This document shows positions 20,933 to 34,926 of a stretch of 64,000 nucleotides of DNA, piece after piece (position 1 is the stretch's first letter; each line of letters opens with the position of its first letter). This stretch comes from Escherichia coli (GTDB lineage: Bacteria > Pseudomonadota > Gammaproteobacteria > Enterobacterales > Enterobacteriaceae). Made by a program: the position numbers and the translations under genes. Under the pieces are notes generated by a model. It saw only the letters and a program-made list of their open reading frames with translations, was not told the DNA's origin and made no database searches. The stretch is from the NCBI RefSeq assembly GCF_030384885.1, contig NZ_CP128613.1; one strand, given 5' to 3'.

Positions 20933-20936
<4 letters not shown>
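20286..20936 (+). CDS. cas6e: CRISPR pre-crRNA endoribonuclease Cas6e / CasE (216 aa)
   Basis: ATG 20286 after strong SD aaggagg; N-terminus MYLSRITL typical of CasE; C-terminal glycine-rich loop GYGKSRAFGCGL. Confidence 0.88.
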
Positions 20937-22146
<1,210 letters not shown>

Positions 22147-22242
22147 GTTACCCGTTCTTTAAAAATAAGGAAATGTTTGAATTTAGTTGGTAGATTGTTG
22201 ATGTGGAATAAAATTGTTTAAAAACAGATACGTATGCTTAGT
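22147..22242 (+). promoter_or_regulatory. AT-rich CRISPR leader between cas2 and the first repeat
   Basis: AT-rich, contains agttggtagattgt shared with the other leader. Confidence 0.65.
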
Positions 22243-22576
22243 GTGTTCCCCGCGCCAGCGGGGATAAACCGAATACCCAGCGCTATTTCGAGCGCGAGAG
22301 AGTGTGTTCCCCGCGCCAGCGGGGATAAACCGGAAATTTCGGAAATTAAATCCGCTCGCGATCGGTGTTCCCCGCGCCAGCGGGGATAAACCCCATGGCA
22401 GGAAGAGCGGATGATTTAGGGGTAAGTGTTCCCCGCGCCAGCGGGGATAAACCGAAGCCGGATCACATTTTCTTAGCGGAGCTGACGTGTTCCCCGCGCC
22501 AGCGGGGATAAACCGCTCTCGGTTCTGGGGTACTGTTACCCATAACTGAGCTCCCCCGCGTCAGCGGGGGAACTCC
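22243..22576 (+). CRISPR. Type I-E CRISPR array next to cas2: 6 repeats (GTGTTCCCCGCGCCAGCGGGGATAAACCG; third ends in C; last degenerate) and 5 spacers of 32 bp
   Basis: Repeats read at 22243, 22304, 22365, 22426, 22487 and degenerate at 22548. Confidence 0.95.
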
Positions 22577-22597
22577 CAACTCCCATTTTCAAACGCC

Positions 22598-23635
22598 TCA
22601 TGACGCCTTCGCCAGTTCCTTCACCAGCGGTAGCATTATCCGCATAACGTCACGGCAGCGACGTTCTATTCTTCCAGGAAGCGCCTTATCAATATGCTGT
22701 TGATTATCAAGCCTTACATCATGCCAGCTATTTCCCGCCGGGAAGGCCGGTGTTTTTGCGCGTTGCTGATAACCATCCTTATTTCCAAGATTCCAGTTGG
22801 TCGCCTCCACCGAAAGTACCGCAATACCGGCTTTGTCGAAAACTTCTGCATCGTTACAACACCCAGTGCCTTTCGGATAGTTTTTATTCAAACCTGGATT
22901 TGTTGTCGCTGCAATCCCATGATTACGCGCAATTGCCAGCGCTCGATCACGGGTTAATTTCCTGACAGCCTCTGGTGTATTTACACCACTATTAAAATAC
23001 AATTTATCGCCAACAATTAAGTTATCGAGATTAATCACCAGCAGCGTATTTTTCTTTTCAGTATCGCTCATGCGCTTGAGTAAATTCTCAGCGCCTAATT
23101 TCCCTTCTTCTTCTCCACTGGTTGCCACAAAACGAATACCATACTCGGTAGGCGTATTTTTCAGACGTTCAGCCAGTTCCAGCATGACACCTAAACCTGC
23201 GGCGTTATCATCCATTCCTTGTAACGTCAGCCCGCCGAGATTGGCATCGGCGTCGGCATCGCTCAGTGGAGCGTACGTATCAAGATGCGCCATAATGATG
23301 ATCTGCTGCGGCGCTTTGCCTTCATGAGCGGCAATCACCGTACTTCCCGTCACGTTGTGCCAGTTTTTGCGGTTATCGCGGGCGGTGTAAATATATCGGC
23401 TATTAAATGTCCGAATATCACTGCGATAACCCATCTGTTGAAACTGTTGGCGAATATAATCGGCAGATAACATTTCTGCAGGAGTTCCGGTCATGCGTCC
23501 CGGAAAGAAAGTAGCAATATGTCGTGCCTGTGTATTAGCAAAATCACCAGGTTTAGGTGACGAGGCGTGTACGGGGAGAATAAAGCATACGCCGAGCGCC
23601 AGGGCAGCGGTACGGTGGCGCAATGCGGAAAACAT
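22598..23635 (-). CDS. iap: Alkaline phosphatase isozyme conversion aminopeptidase (345 aa)
   Basis: Full-length ORF with signal-peptide-like N-terminus; synteny cas2-CRISPR-iap-cysD. Confidence 0.9.
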   Translation of the reverse strand: MFSALRHRTAALALGVCFILPVHASSPKPGDFANTQARHIATFFPGRMTGTPAEMLSADYIRQQFQQMGYRSDIRTFNSRYIYTARDNRKNWHNVTGSTVIAAHEGKAPQQIIIMAHLDTYAPLSDADADANLGGLTLQGMDDNAAGLGVMLELAERLKNTPTEYGIRFVATSGEEEGKLGAENLLKRMSDTEKKNTLLVINLDNLIVGDKLYFNSGVNTPEAVRKLTRDRALAIARNHGIAATTNPGLNKNYPKGTGCCNDAEVFDKAGIAVLSVEATNWNLGNKDGYQQRAKTPAFPAGNSWHDVRLDNQQHIDKALPGRIERRCRDVMRIMLPLVKELAKAS

Positions 23636-23887
23636 AGTGAGTCCTTAAATACCATGCAAATTTTTTTACCGCCATAGTATGAAACTGCCGCTGCGCTAAA
23701 ACAATTTCAAATCTTCCTAAACGCCCGAAATCCGGTGCCTTAAGCACTTTTTGATATTAGCTTTGCCAAATCGTTATTCCGTTAAGGAACTACTCATTCT
23801 AATTGGTAATTTCATTCGTTCTCTTACGCTCCCTATAGTCGAAACATCTGATGGCAAGAAAAATAGCGGTATTGCAAAGGAACGGTT

Positions 23888-24796
23888 ATGGATCAAAAAC
23901 GACTTACTCACCTGCGGCAACTGGAGGCGGAAAGCATCCACATTATTCGCGAGGTGGCGGCAGAATTCTCAAATCCGGTGATGCTCTACTCTATCGGTAA
24001 AGATTCCAGCGTCATGCTGCATCTGGCGCGCAAGGCGTTTTATCCGGGTACGCTGCCTTTCCCTCTGCTGCATGTTGATACTGGCTGGAAATTCCGCGAG
24101 ATGTATGAGTTTCGTGATCGTACGGCTAAAGCCTATGGCTGCGAGTTGCTGGTGCATAAAAACCCGGAAGGCGTGGCGATGGGGATTAATCCATTCGTAC
24201 ACGGCAGCGCAAAACATACCGATATTATGAAAACCGAAGGTTTGAAGCAGGCGTTGAACAAGTACGGTTTTGATGCCGCCTTCGGTGGCGCACGTCGTGA
24301 CGAAGAGAAATCCCGCGCTAAGGAGCGAATCTACTCTTTCCGTGACCGCTTCCATCGCTGGGACCCGAAAAATCAGCGCCCGGAGCTGTGGCACAACTAC
24401 AACGGGCAAATTAACAAAGGCGAAAGTATCCGCGTTTTCCCGCTCTCTAACTGGACCGAGCAGGATATCTGGCAATACATCTGGCTGGAAAATATCGACA
24501 TTGTCCCGCTGTATCTCGCTGCTGAACGTCCGGTTCTGGAACGCGACGGTATGTTGATGATGATTGATGACAACCGTATCGACCTGCAACCGGGCGAAGT
24601 GATTAAAAAACGGATGGTGCGTTTCCGTACGCTGGGCTGCTGGCCGCTGACCGGCGCGGTGGAGTCAAATGCGCAAACACTGCCGGAAATCATCGAAGAG
24701 ATGCTGGTTTCCACCACCAGTGAACGTCAGGGGCGCGTGATTGACCGCGACCAGGCAGGTTCTATGGAGCTGAAAAAACGTCAGGGGTATTTTTAA
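23888..24796 (+). CDS. cysD: Sulfate adenylyltransferase subunit 2 (302 aa)
   Basis: PAPS-reductase-like ATP pyrophosphatase fold; synteny cysDNC. Confidence 0.95.
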   Translation: MDQKRLTHLRQLEAESIHIIREVAAEFSNPVMLYSIGKDSSVMLHLARKAFYPGTLPFPLLHVDTGWKFREMYEFRDRTAKAYGCELLVHKNPEGVAMGINPFVHGSAKHTDIMKTEGLKQALNKYGFDAAFGGARRDEEKSRAKERIYSFRDRFHRWDPKNQRPELWHNYNGQINKGESIRVFPLSNWTEQDIWQYIWLENIDIVPLYLAAERPVLERDGMLMMIDDNRIDLQPGEVIKKRMVRFRTLGCWPLTGAVESNAQTLPEIIEEMLVSTTSERQGRVIDRDQAGSMELKKRQGYF

Positions 24797-24797
24797 G

Positions 24798-26225
24798 ATG
24801 AACACTGCACTTGCACAACAAATTGCCAATGAAGGCGGCGTTGAAGCCTGGATGATTGCGCAACAACATAAAAGTCTGCTGCGTTTTCTGACCTGTGGTA
24901 GCGTCGATGACGGCAAAAGTACCCTGATTGGTCGCCTGCTGCACGATACCCGCCAAATCTACGAAGATCAGCTCTCATCGCTGCATAACGACAGTAAGCG
25001 TCACGGCACCCAGGGCGAAAAGCTGGATCTGGCACTGCTGGTGGACGGCCTGCAAGCTGAGCGTGAACAGGGCATCACCATTGATGTGGCTTACCGCTAT
25101 TTCTCCACTGAGAAGCGTAAATTTATAATCGCCGATACCCCTGGGCACGAGCAGTACACCCGCAATATGGCGACTGGCGCATCGACATGCGAACTGGCGA
25201 TCTTACTGATCGATGCCCGTAAAGGCGTGCTCGATCAAACGCGTCGTCACAGTTTTATCTCCACACTGTTGGGGATCAAACATCTGATCGTGGCGATCAA
25301 CAAAATGGATCTGGTGGATTACAGCGAAGAGACGTTCACCCGCATTCGTGAAGATTATCTGACCTTTGCCGAGCAGCTGCCGGGTAATCTGGATATTCGC
25401 TTTGTGCCGCTCTCCGCGCTGGAAGGCGACAACGTGGCTTCGCAAAGTGAAAGCATGTCGTGGTACAGCGGTCCGACACTGCTCGAAGTGCTGGAAACCG
25501 TGGAAATCCAGCGAGTGGTGGATGCTCAGCCAATGCGCTTTCCGGTGCAGTACGTTAACCGCCCGAATCTCGATTTTCGTGGCTACGCCGGAACGCTGGC
25601 ATCCGGTCGCGTGGAAGTCGGGCAACGTGTCAAAGTGCTGCCCTCTGGTGTGGAATCAAACGTCGCGCGGATCGTGACCTTTGATGGCGATCGCGAAGAA
25701 GCCTTTGCCGGAGAAGCGATCACCCTGGTGCTGACGGATGAGATCGACATCAGCCGTGGCGATCTGCTGCTGGCGGCAGACGAAGCGTTACCGGCTGTGC
25801 AGAGCGCGTCGGTGGATGTGGTATGGATGGCGGAACAGCCGCTTTCCCCAGGCCAGAGTTACGACATCAAAATTGCCGGTAAGAAGACGCGTGCTCGTGT
25901 TGATGGCATTCGTTATCAGGTTGATATTAATAACCTTACTCAACGCGAAGTTGAAAATCTGCCGCTGAACGGCATCGGCCTGGTGGATCTCACTTTTGAC
26001 GAGCCACTGGTGTTAGATCGTTATCAGCAAAACCCGGTTACTGGTGGTCTGATTTTTATCGATCGCCTGAGCAATGTGACCGTGGGTGCCGGTATGGTGC
26101 ACGAGCCAGTTAGCCAGGCTACTGCTGCGCCATCTGAATTCAGTGCATTCGAACTGGAATTGAATGCCCTGGTTCGCCGCCATTTCCCGCACTGGGGTGC
26201 GCGCGATTTACTGGGAGATAAATAA
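24798..26225 (+). CDS. cysN: Sulfate adenylyltransferase subunit 1, GTPase (475 aa)
   Basis: GTPase motifs [10 protein letters not shown] and DTPGH. Confidence 0.95.
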   Translation: MNTALAQQIANEGGVEAWMIAQQHKSLLRFLTCGSVDDGKSTLIGRLLHDTRQIYEDQLSSLHNDSKRHGTQGEKLDLALLVDGLQAEREQGITIDVAYRYFSTEKRKFIIADTPGHEQYTRNMATGASTCELAILLIDARKGVLDQTRRHSFISTLLGIKHLIVAINKMDLVDYSEETFTRIREDYLTFAEQLPGNLDIRFVPLSALEGDNVASQSESMSWYSGPTLLEVLETVEIQRVVDAQPMRFPVQYVNRPNLDFRGYAGTLASGRVEVGQRVKVLPSGVESNVARIVTFDGDREEAFAGEAITLVLTDEIDISRGDLLLAADEALPAVQSASVDVVWMAEQPLSPGQSYDIKIAGKKTRARVDGIRYQVDINNLTQREVENLPLNGIGLVDLTFDEPLVLDRYQQNPVTGGLIFIDRLSNVTVGAGMVHEPVSQATAAPSEFSAFELELNALVRRHFPHWGARDLLGDK

Positions 26226-26830
26226 TGGCGCTGCATGACGAAAACGTCGTCTGGCATAGCCACCCAGTAACTCCGCAACAACGCGAACAGCACCACGGTC
26301 ATCGTGGTGTTGTGCTGTGGTTTACCGGCCTCTCTGGTTCCGGTAAATCAACCGTCGCGGGGGCGCTGGAGGAGGCGTTACATAACCTTGGTGTCAGTAC
26401 GTATTTGCTGGATGGCGACAACGTCCGCCACGGCTTATGCAGCGATCTCGGTTTTAGCGATGCCGATCGTAAAGAGAATATCCGTCGCGTCGGTGAAGTG
26501 GCGAATTTAATGGTTGAAGCTGGACTGGTGGTGCTGACCGCTTTTATCTCGCCACACCGCGCCGAACGCCAGATGGTTCGCGAACGCGTAGGAGAAGGGC
26601 GTTTTATCGAAGTGTTTGTCGATACGCCGCTGGCGATTTGCGAGGCCCGCGATCCAAAAGGCTTATATAAGAAAGCACGTGCCGGTGAACTGCGTAACTT
26701 TACGGGAATAGATTCCGTTTACGAAGCACCTGAATCGGCAGAAATTCATCTCAATGGTGAACAATTAGTAACAAATTTGGTACAGCAATTATTAGATCTG
26801 TTGAGACAGAACGATATTATCAGATCCTGA
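26225..26830 (+). CDS. cysC: Adenylyl-sulfate kinase (201 aa)
   Basis: P-loop GLSGSGKST; start overlaps the cysN stop. Confidence 0.95.
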   Translation: MALHDENVVWHSHPVTPQQREQHHGHRGVVLWFTGLSGSGKSTVAGALEEALHNLGVSTYLLDGDNVRHGLCSDLGFSDADRKENIRRVGEVANLMVEAGLVVLTAFISPHRAERQMVRERVGEGRFIEVFVDTPLAICEARDPKGLYKKARAGELRNFTGIDSVYEAPESAEIHLNGEQLVTNLVQQLLDLLRQNDIIRS

Positions 26831-26879
26831 GACACCACCGGGTTTCCATGCCCGGTCCGTCAAAGTTACAGGATCAAAT

Positions 26880-27203
26880 ATGCGTAATAGCCATAACATT
26901 ACACTAACAAATAACGACAGCCTTACTGAGGATGAAGAAACCACATGGTCACTGCCAGGTGCTGTGGTTGGTTTTGTCTCCTGGTTATTTGCGCTGGCGA
27001 TGCCGATGTTGATTTATGGCTCTAACACGCTGTTCTTCTTTATCTACACCTGGCCTTTCTTTCTGGCACTGATGCCTGTCGCGGTGGTGGTGGGGATTGC
27101 GCTGCATTCATTGATGGACGGAAAGCTACGCTACAGTATTGTTTTCACCCTGGTGACAGTCGGCATTATGTTTGGCGCACTGTTTATGTGGCTACTGGGC
27201 TAA
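26880..27203 (+). CDS. ygbE: Small inner-membrane protein (107 aa)
   Basis: Hydrophobic ORF in conserved position between cysC and ftsB. Confidence 0.8.
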   Translation: MRNSHNITLTNNDSLTEDEETTWSLPGAVVGFVSWLFALAMPMLIYGSNTLFFFIYTWPFFLALMPVAVVVGIALHSLMDGKLRYSIVFTLVTVGIMFGALFMWLLG

Positions 27204-27396
27204 TTTGTACTTTCCCGTCTCCTCTGTTCATAATTCAAACCGTAACGAATAATGAGATTATGTTCTGCACGCCCTGGGTATACGTAACAATGGACAAATG
27301 TGGTACATTTGCCCGCGTTGTCGCGGTATCCCCAACAGAGGATGTAGAGTCGTCTTCGGATGCATGGGATGAAGATGCCGTTTTTCAGGGGGCAGG

Positions 27397-27708
27397 ATGG
27401 GTAAACTAACGCTGCTGTTGCTGGCTATTCTGGTCTGGCTACAGTATTCGCTGTGGTTCGGTAAGAACGGTATACATGACTATACCCGCGTCAATGATGA
27501 TGTGGCGGCACAGCAAGCTACAAACGCGAAACTTAAAGCGCGAAACGATCAACTTTTTGCCGAAATTGACGATCTCAATGGCGGCCAGGAGGCGCTCGAA
27601 GAGCGTGCGCGTAATGAACTTAGCATGACCAGGCCGGGCGAAACTTTTTATCGTCTGGTGCCTGACGCGTCGAAGCGCGCACAGTCTGCGGGGCAAAACA
27701 CTCGATAA
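27397..27708 (+). CDS. ftsB: Cell division protein FtsB (103 aa)
   Basis: N-terminal TM segment then coiled-coil; synteny with ispDF. Confidence 0.9.
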   Translation: MGKLTLLLLAILVWLQYSLWFGKNGIHDYTRVNDDVAAQQATNAKLKARNDQLFAEIDDLNGGQEALEERARNELSMTRPGETFYRLVPDASKRAQSAGQNTR

Positions 27709-27726
27709 ATCAGCCCGGGAATTAAC

Positions 27727-28437
27727 ATGGCAACCACTCATTTGGATGTTTGCGCCGTGGTTCCGGCGGCCGGATTTGGCCGTCGAATGCAAACGGAATG
27801 TCCTAAGCAATATCTTTCAATCGGTAATCAAACCATTCTTGAACACTCGGTGCATGCGCTGCTGGCGCATCCCCGGGTGAAGCATGTCGTCATTGCCATA
27901 AGTCCTGGCGATAGCCGTTTTGCACAACTTCCTCTGGCGAATCATCCGCAAATCACCGTTGTAGATGGCGGTGATGAGCGTGCCGATTCGGTACTGGCAG
28001 GTCTGAAAGCCGCTGGCGATGCGCAGTGGGTATTGGTGCATGACGCCGCTCGTCCTTGTCTGCATCAGGATGACCTCGCGCGATTGTTGGCGTTGAGCGA
28101 AACCAGCCGCACGGGGGGGATCCTCGCCGCACCAGTGCGCGATACGATGAAACGTGCCGAACCGGGCAAAAATGCCATTGCTCATACCGTTGATCGCAAC
28201 GGCTTATGGCACGCGCTGACGCCGCAATTTTTCCCTCGTGAGCTGTTACATGACTGCCTGACGCGCGCTTTAAATGAAGGTGCGACTATTACCGACGAAG
28301 CCTCGGCGCTGGAATATTGCGGATTTCATCCGCAGTTGGTCGAAGGCCGCGCGGATAACATTAAAGTCACGCGCCCGGAAGATTTGGCACTGGCCGAGTT
28401 TTACCTCACCCGAACCATCCATCAGGAGAATACATAA
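27727..28437 (+). CDS. ispD: 2-C-methyl-D-erythritol 4-phosphate cytidylyltransferase (236 aa)
   Basis: Family sequence; synteny. Confidence 0.93.
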
Positions 28438-28916
28438 TGCGAATTGGACACGGTTTTGACGTACACGCCTTTGGCGGTGAAGGCCCAATTATCATTGGTG
28501 GCGTACGCATTCCTTACGAAAAAGGATTGCTGGCGCATTCTGATGGCGACGTGGCGCTCCATGCGTTGACCGATGCATTGCTTGGCGCGGCGGCGCTGGG
28601 GGATATCGGCAAACTGTTCCCGGATACCGATCCGGCATTTAAAGGTGCCGATAGCCGCGAGCTGCTACGCGAAGCCTGGCGTCGTATTCAGGCGAAGGGT
28701 TATACCCTTGGCAACGTCGATGTCACTATCATCGCTCAGGCACCGAAGATGTTGCCGCACATTCCACAAATGCGCGTGTTTATTGCCGAAGATCTCGGCT
28801 GCCATATGGATGATGTTAACGTGAAAGCCACTACTACGGAAAAACTGGGATTTACCGGACGTGGGGAAGGGATTGCCTGTGAAGCGGTGGCGCTACTCAT
28901 TAAGGCAACAAAATGA
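28437..28916 (+). CDS. ispF: 2-C-methyl-D-erythritol 2,4-cyclodiphosphate synthase (159 aa)
   Basis: Family sequence (GHGFDVH); start overlaps the ispD stop. Confidence 0.93.
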
Positions 28917-29942
28917 TTGAGTTTGATAATCTCACTTACCTCCACGGTAAACCGCAAGGTACCGGGCTGCTGAAAGCCAATCCGGAAGACTTTGTGGTGG
29001 TGGAAGATTTGGGCTTTGAGCCTGATGGTGAAGGTGAGCATATTCTGGTTAGAATCCTCAAAAACGGCTGTAATACCCGTTTTGTGGCGGATGCACTGGC
29101 GAAATTCCTGAAAATTCATGCCCGTGAAGTCAGCTTCGCTGGGCAAAAAGATAAACATGCTGTTACGGAACAGTGGTTTTGTGCACGAGTGCCAGGTAAA
29201 GAGATGCCGGATCTCAGTGCTTTTCAACTGGAAGGTTGTCAGGTGCTGGAGTATGCGCGACACAAGCGTAAGTTACGTTTAGGCGCGCTGAAAGGTAACG
29301 CCTTTACCCTGGTTCTGCGCGAAGTGAGCAATCGCGATGACGTTGAACAACGTCTGATCGATATTTGCGTAAAAGGTGTACCGAACTACTTCGGTGCCCA
29401 ACGTTTTGGGATTGGCGGTAGCAACTTGCAGGGCGCGCTGCGCTGGGCGCAAACCAATACTTCGGTGCGCGATCGCAATAAACGGAGTTTTTGGTTGTCG
29501 GCAGCCCGCAGTGCGTTGTTTAATCAGATTGTTGCTGAGCGCCTCAAAAAAGCAGACGTTAATCAAGTTGTTGACGGCGATGCGCTACAATTAGCCGGAC
29601 GTGGTAGCTGGTTTGTTGCAACCACCGAAGAACTGGCGGAATTACAGCGTCGCGTCAACGATAAAGAGCTAATGATAACCGCCGCATTGCCGGGCAGTGG
29701 CGAATGGGGAACTCAGCGTGAAGCGCTGGCATTCGAACAAGCAGCTGTCGCCGCAGAAACTGAATTACAAGCCTTACTGGTGCGCGAAAAAGTTGAAGCC
29801 GCGCGCAGAGCGATGCTGCTGTATCCGCAACAATTAAGCTGGAACTGGTGGGATGACGTCACCGTAGAAATCCGTTTCTGGCTTCCGGCGGGAAGTTTTG
29901 CAACCAGCGTTGTCAGGGAACTTATCAACACAACAGGTGATT

Positions 29943-29962
<20 letters not shown>
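28913..29962 (+). CDS. truD: tRNA pseudouridine(13) synthase (349 aa)
   Basis: Synteny ispF-truD-surE-pcm; full-length ORF. Confidence 0.9.
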
Positions 29963-31324
<1,362 letters not shown>

Positions 31325-31463
31325 AACGTGAGGAAATACCTGGATTTTTCCTGGTTATTTTGCCGCAGGTCAGCGTATCGTGAACATCTTTTCCAGTGTT
31401 CAGTATGGTGCCTTGCACGGTAATTATGTCACTGGTTATTAACCAATTTTTCCTGGGGGATAA

Positions 31464-32603
31464 ATGAGCGCGGGAAGCCCAAAATTCACCGTTCGCCGCA
31501 TTGCGGCTTTGTCACTGGTTTCGCTATGGCTGGCAGGCTGTTCTGACACTTCAAATCCACCGGCACCGGTCAGCTCCGTTAATGGCAATGCGTCTGCAAA
31601 CACCAATTCTGGTATGTTGATTACGCCGCCGCCGAAAATGGGTACGACGTCTACAACGCAGCAACCGCAAATTCAGCCGGTACAGCAGCCACAAATTCAA
31701 TCTGCACAACAACCGCAAATCCAGCCGGTGCAGCCAGTTGCTCAGCCGCCGGTACAGATGGAAAACGGACGCATCGTCTACAACCGTCAGTATGGGAACA
31801 TTCCGAAAGGCAGTTATAGCGGCAGTACATACACCGTGAAAAAAGGCGACACACTTTTCTATATCGCCTGGATTACTGGCAATGATTTCCGTGACCTTGC
31901 TCAGCGCAACAATATTCAGGCGCCATACGCGCTGAATGTAGGTCAGACCTTACAGGTGGGTAATGCTTCCGGTACGCCAATCACTGGCGGAAATGCCATT
32001 ACCCAGGCCGATGCAGCAGAGCAAGGAGTTGTGATCAAGCCTGCACAAAATTCCACCGTTGCTGTTGCGTCGCAACCGACAATTACGTATTCTGAGTCTT
32101 CGGGTGAACAGAGTGCTAACAAAATGTTGCCGAACAACAAGCCAACTGGGACCACGGTCACAGCGCCTGTAACGGTACCAACAGCAAGCACAACCGAGCC
32201 GACTGTCAGCAGTACATCAACCAGTGCGCCTATCTCCACCTGGCGCTGGCCGACTGAGGGCAAAGTGATCGAAACCTTTGGTGCTTCTGAGGGGGGCAAC
32301 AAGGGGATTGATATCGCAGGCAGCAAAGGACAGGCAATTATCGCGACCGCAGATGGCCGCGTTGTTTATGCCGGTAACGCGCTGCGCGGCTACGGTAATC
32401 TGATTATCATCAAACATAATGATGATTACCTGAGTGCCTACGCCCATAACGACACAATGCTGGTCCGGGAACAACAAGAAGTGAAGGCGGGGCAAAAAAT
32501 AGCAACCATGGGTAGCACCGGAACCAGTTCAACACGCTTGCATTTTGAAATTCGTTACAAGGGGAAATCCGTAAACCCGCTGCGTTATTTGCCGCAGCGA
32601 TAA
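31464..32603 (+). CDS. nlpD: Murein hydrolase activator lipoprotein NlpD (379 aa) with LysM and M23 peptidase-like domains and a Q/P-rich tandem repeat
   Basis: Lipobox LAGCS; QQPQIQ repeats at about 31660-31750; C-terminal M23-like region. Confidence 0.93.
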   Translation: MSAGSPKFTVRRIAALSLVSLWLAGCSDTSNPPAPVSSVNGNASANTNSGMLITPPPKMGTTSTTQQPQIQPVQQPQIQSAQQPQIQPVQPVAQPPVQMENGRIVYNRQYGNIPKGSYSGSTYTVKKGDTLFYIAWITGNDFRDLAQRNNIQAPYALNVGQTLQVGNASGTPITGGNAITQADAAEQGVVIKPAQNSTVAVASQPTITYSESSGEQSANKMLPNNKPTGTTVTAPVTVPTASTTEPTVSSTSTSAPISTWRWPTEGKVIETFGASEGGNKGIDIAGSKGQAIIATADGRVVYAGNALRGYGNLIIIKHNDDYLSAYAHNDTMLVREQQEVKAGQKIATMGSTGTSSTRLHFEIRYKGKSVNPLRYLPQR

Positions 32604-32665
32604 ATCGGCGGAACCAGGCTTTTGCTTGAATGTTCCGTCAAGGGATCACGGGTAGGAGCCACCTT

Positions 32666-33658
32666 ATGAGTCAGAATACGCTGAAAGTTCATGATTTAAA
32701 TGAAGATGCGGAATTTGATGAGAACGGAGTTGAGGTTTTTGACGAAAAGGCCTTAGTAGAAGAGGAACCCAGTGATAACGATTTGGCCGAAGAGGAACTG
32801 TTATCGCAAGGGGCCACACAGCGTGTGTTGGACGCGACTCAGCTTTACCTTGGTGAGATTGGTTATTCACCACTGTTAACGGCCGAAGAAGAAGTTTATT
32901 TTGCGCGTCGCGCACTGCGAGGAGATGTTGCCTCCCGCCGCCGGATGATCGAGAGTAACTTGCGTCTGGTGGTAAAAATTGCCCGCCGTTATGGCAATCG
33001 TGGTCTGGCTTTGCTGGATCTTATCGAAGAGGGCAACCTGGGGCTGATCCGCGCGGTAGAGAAGTTTGACCCGGAACGTGGTTTCCGCTTCTCAACATAC
33101 GCAACCTGGTGGATTCGCCAGACGATCGAACGGGCGATTATGAACCAAACCCGTACTATTCGTTTGCCGATTCACATCGTAAAGGAGCTGAACGTTTACC
33201 TGCGAACCGCACGTGAGTTGTCCCATAAGCTGGACCACGAACCAAGTGCGGAAGAGATCGCAGAGCAGCTGGATAAGCCAGTTGATGACGTCAGCCGTAT
33301 GCTTCGTCTTAACGAGCGCATTACCTCGGTAGACACCCCGCTGGGTGGAGATTCCGAAAAAGCGTTGCTGGACATCCTGGCCGATGAAAAAGAAAACGGC
33401 CCGGAAGACACCACGCAAGATGACGATATGAAACAAAGCATCGTCAAATGGCTGTTCGAACTGAACGCCAAGCAGCGTGAAGTGCTGGCACGTCGATTCG
33501 GTTTGCTGGGATACGAAGCGGCAACACTGGAAGATGTAGGTCGTGAAATTGGCCTCACCCGTGAACGTGTTCGCCAGATTCAGGTTGAAGGCCTGCGCCG
33601 TTTGCGCGAAATCCTGCAAACGCAGGGGCTGAATATCGAAGCGCTGTTCCGCGAATAA
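32666..33658 (+). CDS. rpoS: RNA polymerase sigma factor RpoS (330 aa)
   Basis: Start [14 protein letters not shown] at ATG 32666; sigma-70 family regions; codon 33 is GAG. Confidence 0.95.
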   Translation: MSQNTLKVHDLNEDAEFDENGVEVFDEKALVEEEPSDNDLAEEELLSQGATQRVLDATQLYLGEIGYSPLLTAEEEVYFARRALRGDVASRRRMIESNLRLVVKIARRYGNRGLALLDLIEEGNLGLIRAVEKFDPERGFRFSTYATWWIRQTIERAIMNQTRTIRLPIHIVKELNVYLRTARELSHKLDHEPSAEEIAEQLDKPVDDVSRMLRLNERITSVDTPLGGDSEKALLDILADEKENGPEDTTQDDDMKQSIVKWLFELNAKQREVLARRFGLLGYEAATLEDVGREIGLTRERVRQIQVEGLRRLREILQTQGLNIEALFRE

Positions 33659-33673
33659 GTAAGCATCTGTCAG

Positions 33674-33710
33674 AAAGGCCAGTCTCTTATGAGGCTGGCC
33701 TTTTTCTTTT
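33674..33710 (+). terminator. Rho-independent terminator downstream of rpoS
   Basis: Stem aaaggccagtctc / gaggctggccttt followed by a T-run. Confidence 0.8.
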
Positions 33711-33778
33711 GTATGGGGAGTTGGTGTGTTTCGTCGCCTGGATAAGACACGTCAGCGTCCCATCCGGCAATCAACATC

Positions 33779-34186
33779 CTATTTGCTCATCATCTTGCGC
33801 ACCAGCTGCATAAACAGCTCCTGCTCTTCTCCACTCAAACGCCCCAAAAATTCCTCATCCACACTGTCGCCAATCGGTATCGCCGCAGCAAGTACCTTTT
33901 CTCCTTCGGCAGTCAGCCAGACAAAGCGTCGCCGCTTATCAGCGGTGTCATGTTCACGTCTGACTAAGCCACGATTTTCCATTCTTGCCAACATTTCTGC
34001 CAGCGTTGCTTTGGTGCTGACGGCTGCTTCCATCAGTGCCACCTGTTCGATACCAGGTTTATCAGCAATGGCGCGCATCACCGCGTACTGTGGTTTGGTC
34101 AGGTCAGGTAACTCGTGCTGCCAGCGGGCCGTATGCTGCTGAAAAAGCTGTCGTAACTGATGGAACGCTTTATTTCGTAACGCCAT
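33779..34186 (-). CDS. hosA: MarR/SlyA-family transcriptional regulator, HosA-like (135 aa)
   Basis: Winged-helix MarR-like ORF divergent from the decarboxylase operon. Confidence 0.8.
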   Translation of the reverse strand: MALRNKAFHQLRQLFQQHTARWQHELPDLTKPQYAVMRAIADKPGIEQVALMEAAVSTKATLAEMLARMENRGLVRREHDTADKRRRFVWLTAEGEKVLAAAIPIGDSVDEEFLGRLSGEEQELFMQLVRKMMSK

Positions 34187-34332
34187 GTAAACTCCGGGCT
34201 AATTCTCTGTCGCTATCATAGCGGTTTTTCAGTGACGAAGAAGATGTTGTTACTTTTCAATCCTTGCCGCTGTGGAAATGAAGGAGTATGTTAATAATAA
34301 CGTTCGTATACGAACAATTAAGAGAGTAAGCA

Positions 34333-34926
34333 ATGAAACTGATCGTCGGGATGACAGGGGCTACCGGTGCGCCTCTTGGTGTGGCATTACTGCAAGCGCT
34401 GCGGGAGATGCCGAATGTCGAGACTCATCTGGTGATGTCGAAGTGGGCGAAAACCACTATTGAACTGGAAACGCCTTACAGCGCTCGCGATGTTGCCGCC
34501 CTCGCTGACTTCAGCCATAACCCGGCAGATCAGGCTGCGACCATCTCTTCCGGCTCCTTTCGTACCGACGGCATGATCGTTATTCCATGCAGTATGAAAA
34601 CGCTCGCCGGTATCCGCGCTGGTTACGCCGATGGTCTCGTAGGGCGCGCGGCGGACGTCGTGCTCAAAGAAGGCCGCAAACTGGTGCTGGTGCCGCGTGA
34701 AATGCCGCTTAGCACCATCCATCTCGAAAATATGCTCGCACTTTCGCGCATGGGCGTGGCGATGGTGCCGCCGATGCCTGCCTTTTATAACCATCCCGAA
34801 ACGGTAGATGACATTGTCCACCACGTGGTAGCCCGCGTGCTGGATCAATTTGGCCTCGAACATCCTCACGCCAGGCGCTGGCAAGGGTTGCCGCAGGCCC
34901 GGAATTTTTCTCAGGAGAATGAATAA
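34333..34926 (+). CDS. ecdB: UbiX/Pad1-family flavin prenyltransferase (197 aa)
   Basis: N-terminus MKLIVGMTGATGA typical of UbiX. Confidence 0.85.
   Translation: MKLIVGMTGATGAPLGVALLQALREMPNVETHLVMSKWAKTTIELETPYSARDVAALADFSHNPADQAATISSGSFRTDGMIVIPCSMKTLAGIRAGYADGLVGRAADVVLKEGRKLVLVPREMPLSTIHLENMLALSRMGVAMVPPMPAFYNHPETVDDIVHHVVARVLDQFGLEHPHARRWQGLPQARNFSQENE

Noticed and set aside
27188-27409. 73-aa plus-strand ORF between ygbE and ftsB
   Set aside because: Overlaps the ygbE 3' end and the ftsB start region, no SD, no homology signal
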